NCBI RefSeq assembly: GCF_035084215.1
Contig: NC_090361.1
Coordinates: 9,300,001 to 9,364,000 of the forward strand
DNA length: 64,000 nt
Reading direction: 5' to 3'
Origin: Heptranchias perlo
Taxonomy: Eukaryota
Shown here: piece after piece, positions 13,730 through 26,280 of the stretch
How positions within the stretch are numbered: position 1 is the stretch's first letter
Layout of the letters: each line of letters starts with the position of its first letter
Position numbers and translations under genes: made by a program
The notes under the pieces: model-generated
The model's input: only the letters and a program-made list of their open reading frames with translations
The model's database searches: none
Told to the model about the DNA's origin: nothing

Positions 13730-14200
13730 TGAACTCATCCAAAATTCTGCTGCCTGTATCCTAACTCGCACCAAGTCCCATTCACCCATCACTCCTATCC
13801 TCACTAATCTACATTGGCTCCCGATCCAGTAACGCCTCGATTTTAAAATTCTCATCCTAGTTTTCAAATCCCTCCATGGCCTCGCCCCCTCCCTATTTCT
13901 GTGACCTCCTCCAGCCCTACAACCCTCCGGGATCCCTGCGTTCCTCCCGTTCTGGCCTCTTGCGCATCCCTGATTTTCATCGCTCCAACACCAGCGGCTG
14001 TGCCTTCAGCTGCCTAGGCTCTTTATTCTGTAATCCCTCCCTAAACCCCTCCGCCTCTCTCTCCTTTAAAGACGCTCCTTAAAAACTACCTCTTTCGCCA
14101 AGCTTATGACCACATGTCTCTATGTGGCTCAATGTCAAATTTTGTTTGATAACACTCCTGGGACGTTTCACTACGTTAAAGGCACTATATAAATGCAAGT
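13730..14200 (+). mobile_element. L2 LINE 3' fragment
   Basis: Encodes degenerate 'LIQNSAA..LTRTKS.SPITPIL..LHWLP..RLDFKILIL' and the L2 tail. Confidence 0.8.
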
Positions 14201-14329
14201 GTCTGTACGCGGAGTAGATAACACTACTCCGCGTACAGACACTGTTCTGACCATCGTGGCTAGCCTGCACTTGCCCAGAACGATGCCCATTCTGTATAGC
14301 TGGTTTACAGGATGCACATTACAAAACTA

Positions 14330-15020
14330 AGTGGGGCAGCTCAGTCAGCTTGCTCTCCAAAACTTGGCATTGAGTTTCTGAATCCAAGTCATTGATGTAA
14401 ATTAGAAACAGCGGTAATTCCAATGCAGAGTCCTGAGACACCCCACTCAGTACTTCCTCCCTACCTTGACATTACCCCTCTAACCTTTACCTGTTGTTTT
14501 CTATCAATCATTCAGCCAATTGCTTATCCATATCCAAGTTTTGCCCTCAATCCCCACAGCTTAGAGTTTATTTAGTAACCCATCATGTGGAACTTTATCA
14601 AATCCCTTTTGCAAGTCTAAGTACACAATGTTGTAGAGTTAATCACAGTTGGGTTGGGTTGTCACTTCCTCAAAGAAACCAACAAGGTTGATCAAGTGGG
14701 ATCTTCCCCGACTAAAGCAGTGTTGCCTGCAGTTTATTAGGGGGATGTTGAACAGATAATCCTCAAGTTTACACTTGACAAACAATTCCATTATTTCACA
14801 CGGAATTGAAGCAAGACGAACGGGTCTGCAGTTGCTTGTGCCTGTTTTGTCATCTTTTTTGACTACATGAGTATCACGTTAGCCTGTTTTCAATCTATTG
14901 TTGTCCCACGAGTGTCAACTGACTCCCTCAATGATTAGCAGTACCTCGCAAATCTCCTCACTAGTCTTTCTCAACGCTCTTGGGGTAAATACCATCTATT
15001 CTTGGAGATTTGTGTGTTTT
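14330..15020 (-). mobile_element. Old, decayed CR1-like RT fragment
   Basis: Minus strand has remnants of 'YLDLQKGFDKVPH' and 'GVSQDSAL' RT motifs. Confidence 0.5.
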
Positions 15021-15586
15021 AAGCCCTTTCGACTTTCAAAAAGTTTAGATGTAGCTGGGCAGAGCGAGGGCTTAGGGTCCGGCCCGCAGCGTGAGCAGGA
15101 GTTTAGCCAGCTGAAACCATACAGCTTACAGGAGCCGCTCGGCTGGCTAGGATCACAGAAACCGTGGACACTGGCTTGCAGGATTATCTGGAGCAAAGTG
15201 GAAAGAATCCCAGCCTCAGACATGTCTACTCCTCCAGATTCCATTGATGAGCCAGGCTGGCCGGCACCAACTGCAGGTACTACTGACCTCCCCGTGTATT
15301 CGGGCAATGGACTACTGAGCATGATCATGGTTCCGATCTTCTATCGCCAGGTTTGTCATCTCTGTACCACCTGAACTCCAATGAAACTCCACCCCCGCAT
15401 GGAGGACACTGGTCAGGAACTTTTGGGTTCATTGACCTTGGGACTCTTAAACAACAAACATTCTCCATTGGGAGAAAGAGCAAGTCTGCAGTCAATTGAA
15501 ACAGAATCTCTGGAAGAAATTATGCACAATCTCTGAGGTCACTCAATCACATGACAAATCAAATTTTAAAAAAATATATATTGAGA

Positions 15587-17130
15587 AATGGATACGGCAA
15601 AGGCTATGAGCCCCGACAACATCCCGGCAGTAGGGCTGAAGACTTGTGCTCCAGAACTAGCTGCGCCTCTAGCCAAGCTGTTCCAGTACAGCTACGACAC
15701 TGGCATCTACCTGAATGTGGAAAATTGCCCAGGTATGTCCTGTCCACAAAAAGCAGGACAAATCCAATCACCACCCCATCAGTCTACTCTCAATCATCAG
15801 CAAAGTGATGGAAGGTGTCGTTGACAGTGTTATCAAGCGGCACTTACTCACCAATAACCTGCTCACCGATGCTCAGTTTAGGTTCCGCCAGGACCACTCT
15901 GCTCCAGACCTCATTACAGCCTTGGTCCAAACATGGACAAAAGAGCTGAATTCCAGAGGTGAGATGAGAGTGACTGCCCTTGACACCAAGGCAGCATTTG
16001 ACCAAGTGTGGCACCAAGGAGCCCTAGTAAAATTGAAGTCAATGTGAATCAGGGGGAAAACTCTCCAGTGGCTGGCGTCATACCTACCACAAAGGAAGAT
16101 GGTAGTGGTTGTTGACGGCCAATCATCTCAGTCCCAGGGCATTGCTGCAGGAGTTCCTCAGGGTATTGTCCTAGGCCCAACCATTTTCAGCTGCTTCATC
16201 AATGACCTTCCCTCCATCATAAGGTCAGAAATGGGGATGTTCACTGATTGCACAGTGTTCAGTTCCATTCGCAACCCCTCAAATAATGAAGCAGTCCGAG
16301 CCCGCATGCAGCAAGACCTGGACAACATCCAAGCTTGGGCTCATAAGTGGCAAGTAACATTCGCGCCAGACAAGTGCCAGGCAATGACCATCTCCAACAA
16401 GAGAGTGTCTAACCACCTCCCCTTGACATTCAACGGCATTACCATCGCCAAATCCCCTACTATCAACATCCTGGGGATCACCATTGACCAGAAACTTAAC
16501 TGGACCTGCCACATAAATACTGTGGCTACAAGAGCAGGTCAGAGGCTGGGTATTCTGCGGCGAGTGACTCACCTCCTGACTCCCCAAAGCCTTTTCACCA
16601 TCTACAAGGCACAAGTCAGGAGTGTGATGGAATACTCTCCACTTGCCTGGATGAGTGCAGCTCCAACAACACTCAAGAAGCTCAACACCATCCAGGACAA
16701 AGCAGCCTGCTTGATTGGCATCCCATCCACCACCCTAAACATTCACTCCCTTCACCACCGGCGCACAGTGGCTGCAGTGTGTACCATCCACAGGATGCAC
16801 TGCAGCAACTCGCCAAGGCTTCCTCGACAGCACCTCCCAAACCCGCGACCTCTACCACCTAGAAGGTCAAAAGCAGCAGGTACATGGGAACAACACCACC
16901 TGCATGTTCCCCTCCAAGTCACACACCATCCTGACTTGGAAATATATCGCCGTTCCTTCATCGTCGCTGGGTCAAAATCCTGGAACTCCCTTCCTAACAG
17001 CACTGTGGGAGAACCTTCACCACACGGACTGCAGTGGTTCAAGACGGCGGCTCACCACCACCTTCTCAAGGGAAATTAGGGATGGGCAATAAATGCCGGC
17101 CTCGCCAGCGACGCCCACATCCCATGAACA
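15587..17130 (+). mobile_element. CR1/Jockey-group non-LTR retrotransposon, 5'-truncated, RT domain with frameshifts and stops
   Basis: ORFs 15588-15824, 15715-16047 and 16099-17079: WKIAQVCPVHKK, AAFDQVWH, GVPQG..LGPTIFSCFINDLP. The YADD motif is degenerate. 3' tail 'gggcaataaatgccggcctcgccagcgacgcccacatccc'. Confidence 0.9.
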
Positions 17131-18959
17131 AATTTTTTAAAAATCAAGTAGAATGGCCAAGGCCCATCGCACAGGTCTCCACCAAGGTTAAAAAGATGAG
17201 GTAAATTAGGAAGTAGATACAACACCAATAACATAGATACAAGGAGCTAAGTAATGGCAAGCATCCATTTTAATGGACTGATGATTGTAGGAAGGGAAGA
17301 CTTTGGAGGAGAGTAGAGTTGCAGGATAAGGAATTCCACAATTTTGAGGTCTTAAAAATAAGCTGGAGCAGGAGACAGTGCAGTTTAACTTGATTTCAAC
17401 ACACTGAGGATATAGAGAAGGTTCTGCTGCATTTAACTTCTATATAATGCAGAAACATGATGCATCGTGGAATATTAGTGTTTGTAACAAATACACCCAC
17501 TGATTGAAGGGGCATCAAAGAGCGAGCTCTGTTCAATAGGGAGTTTCCGGCTACAACAACAACTTGCATTTATATAGCACCTTTAACATAGTAAAAAATC
17601 CCAAGGCGCTTCATAGGAGCCTTAACAATATTTGACATCAAACCACATAGCTCAGTTTACGATTCAGATCAAAACTTCAGATTATTGGCTTAATTTAAAA
17701 ATCAGATTGATGACTTTTTTTGTAGTTTAATCCCTTCCCAAAATTCATCTACTTCTCTCCCCACAAGCAGTAATTACACAGAATAATTATTGGAGGTGTG
17801 GCTATGGCAGTGGAATAAATTATCAACGTTGTGAGTAAAAAGCCTAACAAATGGAGAACTGTATTTGGAAGCTTCGTCCCATGTCTGAATTATTGTTTGT
17901 TTTGTAAAAAGTCAAAATTATTGCAGTTGTGGAAGACCAAGGGAGACGGAAGCTGTTTGGTGTAAAAAGGATTTATTTTCCCACCAGTGTTACAATTACA
18001 TTTTAATGGCCATGCATGCCAGTCACAAAGTGTTCTGATGAGGAATGGAATTCAAAGTGTTCCACTGAGATGAAAGAAACTGGGGCTCTTTTCATTAGAA
18101 CAAAGAGGAGATCTGATAGAGGAGTTCCATATTATGAGGGATTTTGAAGTAGTAATTAAGGACAAATTATTTCCACTGGTCAGTGAATCATTAACTAGAA
18201 GGCATAAATTTAAGATCAGCACTAAACGAAGGATGGGAGAGGTGAGGAGAATTTTTTTTGAACAAAAGGCAGAGTAAGAGTAGGAACAAAGAATGCCCCA
18301 TCAGAAGCAATGGCAGAAGCAGAACTATTAAAAGGGAATTGGAAAGCTATTCATCAAGATGAGGGAACACTTACAATTCAAGCTACTGCCCAGTTTTAAT
18401 CATGCTCACTGCAATGGTTAGATTCCCCCCCCAAGCTTCCTATGACCCAAAACTTAACCTAATGCAGGACATATCTGGGATAGCAGGTGTCTGGTTGAAT
18501 GATGAACTCTTCTACCATGGGTGAAGACACCAGAAGTACCTGCCCACCCTGTGTTCCAGATCTCTGAACGGACAAAGAGTAATCCACTGACCGATAACAT
18601 GGCTCAGGCTCAAAACTATTAGTTTATGTTCCTTTGAAATTAAGGTTGTGCAAAAACAAGAATAAATCCACTGACTAACAATCACTTACTTCAAAAACAG
18701 TTTGTTTTTCCTTGAACACATGTTTTGACGTATTTTTTACTCCAGAACACATTGTTCCTCTCTGGAGCGATTTGCATGAGCGATGATGGAAGGGAACTAA
18801 ACTAATGCCCTGCCACATTTATCCTCAGATTCAGGCTATGAAGCCGTCAATTAAGAATCAAAACAAAGACACAATGATCAGAGATGGCATGTATACCATA
18901 GTGATTGGCAGTAACACCCTGCATTTGCATTATTAATCATCATAAATCCAGATAATAGA

Positions 18960-19340
18960 ACCTTACAACACAGGAGAACCATTTAGCCCATCATGCCTGC
19001 TCTTTGAAAGAGCCATCCAATTAGTCCCACTCCCCTGTTCTTTCCCCATGGCTCTGAAATTTTTTCCCCTTTCAAGTATAAATCCAATTCCCTTTTGAAA
19101 GTTACTTTTGAATCTGCTTCCACTACCCTTTCAGGCAGTGCATTCCAGATCATAACAACTCGCTGCGTACAAAAAATTCTCATCTCCCCCACTGGTTCTT
19201 TTGCCAATTATCTTAAATCTGTCCACTCTGGTAACCAACCGTCCTGTCAGTGGAAACAGTCTCTCCATACCTATCAAAACCCCTCACAATATTGAACACC
19301 TCGAGTAAATCTCCCCTTAACCTTCTCTACTCCAAGAAGA
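18960..19340 (-). mobile_element. CR1 LINE 3' fragment
   Basis: ORF 18983-19207 (TQRVVMIWNALPERVVEADS). Confidence 0.8.
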
Positions 19341-20654
19341 AGAATTCTGGCACAATATGCATAGATACACACAAAGCTGCCTTAGTGTCAAAAATTCTAT
19401 TGGTTCAGGTGAATTTTTAAAAAAGGAATTCAATTTGGTGAATCTCTGGCATGGAACAATGTCAACCTCAATAAACAGCTCACAGCTAATAAGGTCTGAG
19501 CAAGTTAATTAGCAACATAATCATTTATAAACATTAAAAAAAAATTAGGAAAAAGACCATTACCCCCACAGGACAGTGGTTATGGTACTGAAGGTTGACT
19601 AACTGAATTCAATAAATCTGGTCATTTGTGGGCTGGCGCCAGAAAAAATGACCATGAAAGTTGCTGGATTGTTGCAACAACTCGATTTGTTCACTAATGC
19701 CCTTCGGGGAAGGAAGCTACCACCCATACCTAGTCTAATCTACATGTGACTAGTACAAAGTGGATTCTTAATGCCATCTAAAATGGCGTAGCAAACTACT
19801 TAAGTTATACAATCACTATGAAATAAGTAGGAAGCCCACCACCACCTTCGCAGGGCAACTAGGGCTGGGCAATCAATATGGCCTTACCAGCATCGCCCAA
19901 ACCCCAAATAAAACTAGCATGTTGCTTTAATCGCTGAGTTAACCCCACCTATACACTTTCTCAATGTCCCTCAGTCGCTTCTCTCTCCAGCTTCTGATCT
20001 CACACATAATCTCCTTTGGTTCCATAGGTGTGAACATCTACAGCTTGTCTATGGAGACCTTGTTCAGTTTAAGGAAGGTTGGTCACAAACGTTCTCAGTC
20101 TAACTCCAAACATTTGATTTGGATGATTTAAGACCTCATTTCCTTTGAAAATTTGTACATGAATATCTGTGCCTCTCCCCTCCCCAAAGACCAGTCAAAT
20201 ACACTTCCCTTTTCCTCCAACCTTAAAACAGCTTGCAACACAAGACAGAAAAATCACATGCAAAACATTTTGTATTGACTGTCAAGACCATTTGTACGAA
20301 ACTCTCACTTGCTCTCTGGAAACTTGTAAATCAGCAGGATCGATTGTCTTGTTACAATATTGCTTTTTTCACACACCCCCCCCCCACTTCTGTTCATTCT
20401 TCAGGTGTGAGAGACTCAAAGACGGGGCCACCCATTCTGCTTTGCATTGATAAAGCTGCTCTACAAGCAGAGAGAGACATTCGCCAACATTGAGGAGCGT
20501 GGCCTGACCTCTCTCACATCGGAAAATATGAACCATCCTCTGTTGAGACCAGAATGGAATATTGAAGTGAGGCAGCAAGAAAGGAGAGCAAGGCAGGAAA
20601 GGAGGGCCAAGCTCACAGGACAACAACTATTCCACAAAGCAGCACATAAACCCT

Positions 20655-20769
20655 TGCAGCGGTTCAAGGCGGCGGCTCACCACCACCTTCTCAAGGGCAA
20701 TTAGGGATGGGCAATAAATGCTGGCCTCGCCAGCGATGCCCACATCCCACGAACGAATAAAAAAAAAAT
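20655..20769 (+). mobile_element. 3' tail of the 15587-17130 LINE family with poly(A)
   Basis: 'cagcggttcaaggcggcggctcaccaccaccttctcaagggcaattagg...aataaaaaaaaaa'. Confidence 0.8.
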
Positions 20770-23298
20770 TCGGGCGTAGGTGCGGACGACGGACAAAGCC
20801 AAATCAGAACATGCTGGGGATGTTTGGGGTCAGATCTCAAACTACGACATGAGACCCAACGAAGCTTCTGACTGTCGTCAATTGAGTGGGTAGTAATTCT
20901 ATTTTTAAAAATTGCACTTATTTTCTGTAAGTTGAACCATCAACTTAATATATACCTGGAATCATGTCTATAAAACATGGTTATGTTCAGTGCTGACAGC
21001 AGAAACATGACTGAGATTGTCAAGAAAAGTTACATAGTCATTCAGCTTTAAGACAGGGAAAATTGTTAATTAAAAAGGCCAAATTCAAAGCTGTGAGGTG
21101 ATTAAGCACATAAAAATCAAAGTCAGGCTCTTAATGCAAAATGTATCACAAAATGGGCCTTCTTCACCCAAACTAGTCGGCCCATTTGATTATGTGCTTT
21201 CAGAATATCAACCCGACCATCTTCCTATTACAGCAGAGTGGGTTCTTACATTAGTCCAGGTCTCCGGCCTTAAATCGCACTTTCTGATGACCCATTCCAC
21301 CTGATCAGGCTCAACACTACAGCAGCTTGGAGATTACAGCGACTGCTAAAGCCCCAAAGAACTTTGAAACACAAATGTTCTAGATCACGTGCGATTGACT
21401 GCAGACCGTGGCTCAGTCAATGTTAGTGAAATCCTCTCTGACAATTAGACATGCACAAGCTTGATCAGAACCAAATATTACAAATCTGTACATAACTAAA
21501 GAGAAGGCCCAAGACCAGGGCTCGTCCCTCTTTCCGCCACAGTGCAAATCCTAGGAATGTGGAAAACACTGCATTGGAGTAATGGCATTGTCAGAGATGA
21601 GATGTTAACTGAGGTGTCTGTTCCCAAGATGGAGATCCATTATCCTGGAGATGTGTTAATGAGGAGCTCCCTCAGAATCTTGATCAAAACTTACAATGTA
21701 AGTACAATTCCCCCCCTCCTCCAAAAAAATCTAACATTTTAGGATCACAACCTTTAAAAAGGTCCAGCCAGTCACTGGGCTCTCTCCAGTTAACCCTTTG
21801 TACACTAAACTCTCATAACATGACAAAATACAAATATGCTGGATCAAAAAGCAAATCATTATACAACAATGGAGGGCACACATCCAGTTTTCATGCATTC
21901 CTGTGCTATTTTCCCCATACACCTGCTGCAATAAAGACACAAATTAAATAGTAATGTTGTCCAAATCATCTTCACCCATGGCAGACCTGGAAGTGCTGGG
22001 ATGTTCAGTGCCAGCTGAGAAACTGACTCTCTCCTTCCTCCCCCAACTTGACATCACAGGTTTATAAACAAGAACAAGAGGGAGTGATTACAACATTATC
22101 TAATCTTGTGGCCCAGCGTCAATTATAAACCTTACTCAATCTCACTCTCCTTGTTCAGATTAGATTCAGGTTCATACACCCTAGCAAGCTTTACTCTACA
22201 TGCACTGAAAGGATTTTTTTTTTTAAATTACATGACAATTAATTGAAGCCACAGCTCAATTGTGGAATAATCACTTAAAATAAATGCATGTTTTAAAAAA
22301 AAAAGCAACTCATGTCTCGCCAACAGTACTTGAAAGGGTTAAGGGTAAATTGACCTCGCCTACTCGTTACACATCACCAACTGGCTTGAGTCACGATCAA
22401 GCTACAATTTACATGTGATGTGTTAACAATAACATCGTCAATCGCGGTCATAAAAGCCAAGTGTTAAGCCAGGAGCCACCGAAGAGATTAAAAAATTAAT
22501 TTTAATTGATACACACGATCCCAACCTTATCACTTGGTTGGAAAACCATTAAAATCCCGCTCGTCCATAGATGCCAGCTGTCAATATCACCATTGAAACT
22601 GACAACATTCACCTCCTACCATTCCATTAAAGCTCGACTTGTTCCTTTAATCGGTGAAATATGTTCATGGCGCTGCTGACAGAAGGACTTTGGATGAAAA
22701 ACAAACCCTTTCTTTGAGAAAAAAAAGGTCATTTCATTTAAGCAGCATCGACAGCGAGCCCGGGAGAAAATGAAACCCAATCAGATTTGCTTCTTAAACC
22801 TCCTCTCAACCAGTTTTAATTAATGATTCAGCCCGAATATATTCGATCAATAACACATTGCAGTTTTTTTAAAAAAGACATATCTTGCAATTAGTGTTTT
22901 GCTTATAATTCAACAAACCTAAATAATGGCCAAGCAGCAAAGACCCTGCAACAATGGTCCATAAATCAATGAGCAGTTGAGAGTCTAGGAGCGAAAATGA
23001 GCTTCCAATTTATTAAATAAATGCCAAAAAAAACCCATTGACGCCTGAAAACAAGCAAAATGGAAAAATAAAGGCTTAAAATAAAATGGGATTGCTCCTT
23101 CCACCCCCCCAATATATATTCTATTCCAAGCTGGGAGCTTTGGACTGCAAAACAGGTTTAATGCCGTTGGCTTGTTTTAATGAGACATCTTCCGGTTGCG
23201 CATTGCATTGACTGGCCTCAAAAAACACACAGAGGGGAGAAGAGAGAAACCTTTCCCAGCGAACAATAAGAGAACGGGCTCCGTCTATAATCATGTAC

Positions 23299-23428
23299 CT
23301 GGTCCGTAGGATTTGGCCAGCAGCCACGAAAGGCTTCCTGCGATCTTCGCTCTGGAAAAATCGTACTGATCCAAAGGCTTAATCTCCGGGACAAGGAAGG
23401 TCTTCCTCATTTCATCCACATCTACCAT
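23299..23428 (-). CDS. CAMSAP3: Calmodulin-regulated spectrin-associated protein (CAMSAP/patronin family), first coding exon; most like CAMSAP3
   Basis: Translates to MVDVDEMRKTFLVPEIKPLDQYDFSRAKIAGSLSWLLAKSYGP, matching the CAMSAP2/3 N-terminus (human CAMSAP3 TFLVPEIKSLDQYDFSRAK). 130 nt ending at a phase-1 GT donor (CCA G|GTACAT). I found no downstream exon in 1-23298. Paralogue assignment is less certain than family. Confidence 0.85.
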
Positions 23429-23972
23429 AGCAAGAGGAAAGAGCGGCCATCCGCAGTGTCAGGGGCAAACAAGGCGATTAAAACAAGTAAAATTTAAGAT
23501 TTTCCACCTCTGATAGCTTCCCTCTGGGCTGTCAGCAATGGTTCTACGAGCGTGTCTGCTCAGAGTTGCAGACCATTATGGATGAAGAGCCTTCATTCCT
23601 TCCTTCCCCGCTTACCTCCTCCCTCTTTCTGCCGGCTTTCTGATCCCAGGTACTGCGCTGACTCACTCACACAAGGGCTGGAGGCTGGGCTGTGCCTAAC
23701 TCGTCATTTTTCAATGGGTTCAGGTGTCTTGTGCCTTCACACACAGCACCATCTAGAGGTAACCTCTCGACCGTCTCATTCACTCAGTAATCCCCCTCCC
23801 TCCTTGCATTCTGTGTGTTCGATCTTTATGGTTCACTGTGTGCACTCTCCTTGAATGATTGACCCAGTTCCTATCAAAGAAACAATGTACTTGGTTGGTC
23901 ATATATATATATATGTATATGTGATCATCTTGCGCCCATTTACATGGAAGCTGCAATGCCCTATTTTAGATC

Positions 23973-24193
23973 GTGATGTGGAGATGCCGGTGATGGACTG
24001 GGGTTGACAATTGTAAACAATTTTACAACACCAAGTTATAGTCCAGCAATTTTATTTTAAATTCACAAGCTTTCGGAGGCTTCCTCCTTCGTCAGGTGAA
24101 CGATCGTTCACCTGAGGAAGGAGGAAGCCTCCGAAAGCTTGTGAATTTAAAATAAAATTGCTGGACTATAACTTGGTGTTGTAAAATTGTTTA
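23973..24193 (-). mobile_element. Penelope-like element remnant forming a 182-bp palindrome with hammerhead motifs on both strands
   Basis: 12-bp TSD ctattttagatc (23961-23972 and 24194-24205). Arms 24013-24103 and 24104-24194 have one mismatch. Confidence 0.8.
24107..24145 (+). ncRNA. Minimal hammerhead ribozyme motif (Penelope type); mirror copy on minus strand at 24062-24100
   Basis: ttcac-CTGAGGA-a-ggag-gaagc-ctcc-GAAA-gctt-gtgaa: stem I ttcac/gtgaa, core CUGANGA...GAAA, stem II ggag/ctcc, palindromic stem III AAGCTT. Confidence 0.7.
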
Positions 24194-24341
24194 CTATTTT
24201 AGATCATAAGGTAATAGACGAGGAAGGCCGTTCGGCCCATCTTAGCCCATCCCTCAATAGCTACCCAAAGTTAACCCTACCCTATACAGCATCCAATTAT
24301 TTCTTAAATTATTCCAGGCTCCACTACTTTAGTCCATTTCA

Positions 24342-24480
24342 AATGTAAGGAATCTCAGGTGACGAAGGAGAAAGCCTCCGAAAGCTTGTGATTTTCAAAT
24401 AAAACTGTTGGACTATAACCTGGTGTTGTAAGATTCCTTACATTTGTCCACCCCAGTCCATCACCGGCATCTCCACATCA
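24342..24480 (+). mobile_element. Penelope-like element 3' remnant
   Basis: 13-bp TSD ttagtccatttca (24329-24341 and 24481-24493). Ends 'ccccagtccatcaccggcatctccacatca'. Short inverted 5' piece and truncated hammerhead (gTGACGA...GAAA). Confidence 0.75.
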
Positions 24481-24799
24481 TTAGTCCATTTCAGGAATTG
24501 AATTATATAGAATGTACAGCACAGAAACAGGCCATTCAGCCCAACAGGCTTTGTTTCAAGAACTTAATAAGATCAGGCTTAAATTTACCTTTCACTAGTT
24601 TCAACCTGTGCTCCCTTGTCCTACTCTCACAATTTAATTTAAAGATATATTCTGGGCACTCAGGACTCAACTAGGAGTAACAGTTGACTCCTAACTGTCC
24701 TCTGAAGTGGCCGAGGTTACATCAAGTAGGCTAACTAGCGATGCCTACATCCCGAGAATTAATAAAAAAAATTCTTGTTCAGTATTGCACGGAACAATC

Positions 24800-25940
24800 A
24801 ATAACAACAACTTATTTATATGTAAATATCACCTTTAACGTAGGAAAATGACCCCCCGTGCTTCACAGACCAAAATGGATGCTGAGCTGAAGAAGGAGAT
24901 ATTAGGAGGGGTGACTAAAAGCTTGGTCAAAGAGGTGGGTTTTAAGGAGGGTCTTAAAGGAGGAGAGGGAGGTGTAGAGGTGGAAGGATTATGGAGGGAA
25001 TTCAAGAGCATGGGGTCTAGACGGCTGGAGGCACAGCTGTCAATGGTGGGGTGAAGGGATCACAAAAGGCCAGAGTTGGAGGAACGGAGAGTTTGGGGGC
25101 AGGGGTTGTAGGGCTGGAGAAAGTTACAGAAATAGATGGGGTGAGGCTTTGAAGGGATTTAAACTCAAGGATGAGAGTTTTACTTTGGAGGCATTGAGAG
25201 ACTGGGAGCTAATGTGGGTCAGCGAGGACAGGGGTGATAGATGAGAGGAACTTGACACAGGATAGTATATGGGCTGCAGAGTTTTGTATGAGCTGAAGTT
25301 CATGGAGGATGGGAGATCGACCAGGAGAGCATTGGAATAGTCCCAACTTGAACATATATCGGCCGTTCTTTCATCGTCGCTGGTTCAAAATCTTGGAACT
25401 CCTTACCGAACAGCACTGTGGGAGCACCTTCATCACATAGACTGCAACAATTCAAGTAGAAGGCCCACCACCACCCTCTTAAGGGCTAATTGGCAACAGG
25501 CAATAAAATACCGGCCTTGCCAGTGACGCCCATATTCTGAGAATAAAAAAAGGATGAGTCTGGAAGTGACAAAGGCATGGATGAGGGATGAACTGAGGTA
25601 CGGGCATAAGGGGACAATGTTACGGAGGTGGAAGTAGATGGACTTTGTGACGGAGAGGATATGAGGTTGGAAGCTGAGCTTGGGGTCAATAGGACACCAA
25701 GGATGCAAACAGTCTAGTTTAGCCGGAGACAATGTCTGGGGAGGGGGGTGAAATCAGTGGCCAAGGTATGGAGGGGGCCAAAGACGAGAGAGGTGGCAGA
25801 GAGGGCAAGCTGGGTGTAGTCAGTGTACACGTGGATGTTGACTTTGTGTCTGAAGATGATGTCACCGAAGGGCAGCATGTAGATGAGGAAGAAATGGAGG
25901 GGGCCAAGGAAAGATCCTTGGGGTCTCCAGAGGTAACAAG
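24800..25940 (-). mobile_element. Decayed L2 LINE with nested LINE tail (about 25345-25550)
   Basis: Minus strand encodes L2 RT/C-terminal remnants ([49 protein letters not shown]). Confidence 0.7.
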
Positions 25941-26046
25941 AGTTCAGGGCTAAGCCTGGGGGTGGTGAGATTTGGCTTTATGGGCAAGGGGAATTGGGGG
26001 AAGCAGCAGAGGCAGTTGAACAAATGCCTGTCTGGATATACAGTGG

Positions 26047-26280
26047 TGTAGGATCAGCTTGTGTAGACTAAACAAGTGCAACATGTTAATTGTATCCATG
26101 TGATTTATATCAATTAGTGTTAATTGTATTCAGGTGGTGTGTATCAATTGGGAACTCTCGTATCCATTTATAAGAGAGCTGATCTAGGATGCCATGTTAC
26201 AAATTGGATAGCCCAGTGGTGAAGGATAGAACACTAGAGCCTGGTCTTCAGTTGCTTCCAAGCCTTTATTCACAGACGCA
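26047..26280. mobile_element. Rearranged solo-LTR fragments (5' part plus strand, 3' part inverted)
   Basis: 26090-26188 matches 42131-42221 directly. 26195-26276 is the reverse complement of 42250-42315 and ends in ...TAACA on the minus strand. Begins TG. Confidence 0.55.

Noticed and set aside
16099-17079. Host gene or active retrotransposon (326-aa ORF; likewise 40747-41733)
   Set aside because: 5'-truncated LINE ORF2 fragments with frameshifts, stops and degenerate catalytic YADD motifs.
20400-20650. 85-aa ORF 20447-20704
   Set aside because: Looks like a decayed LINE 3' end fused to the tail of another LINE; no splice support.
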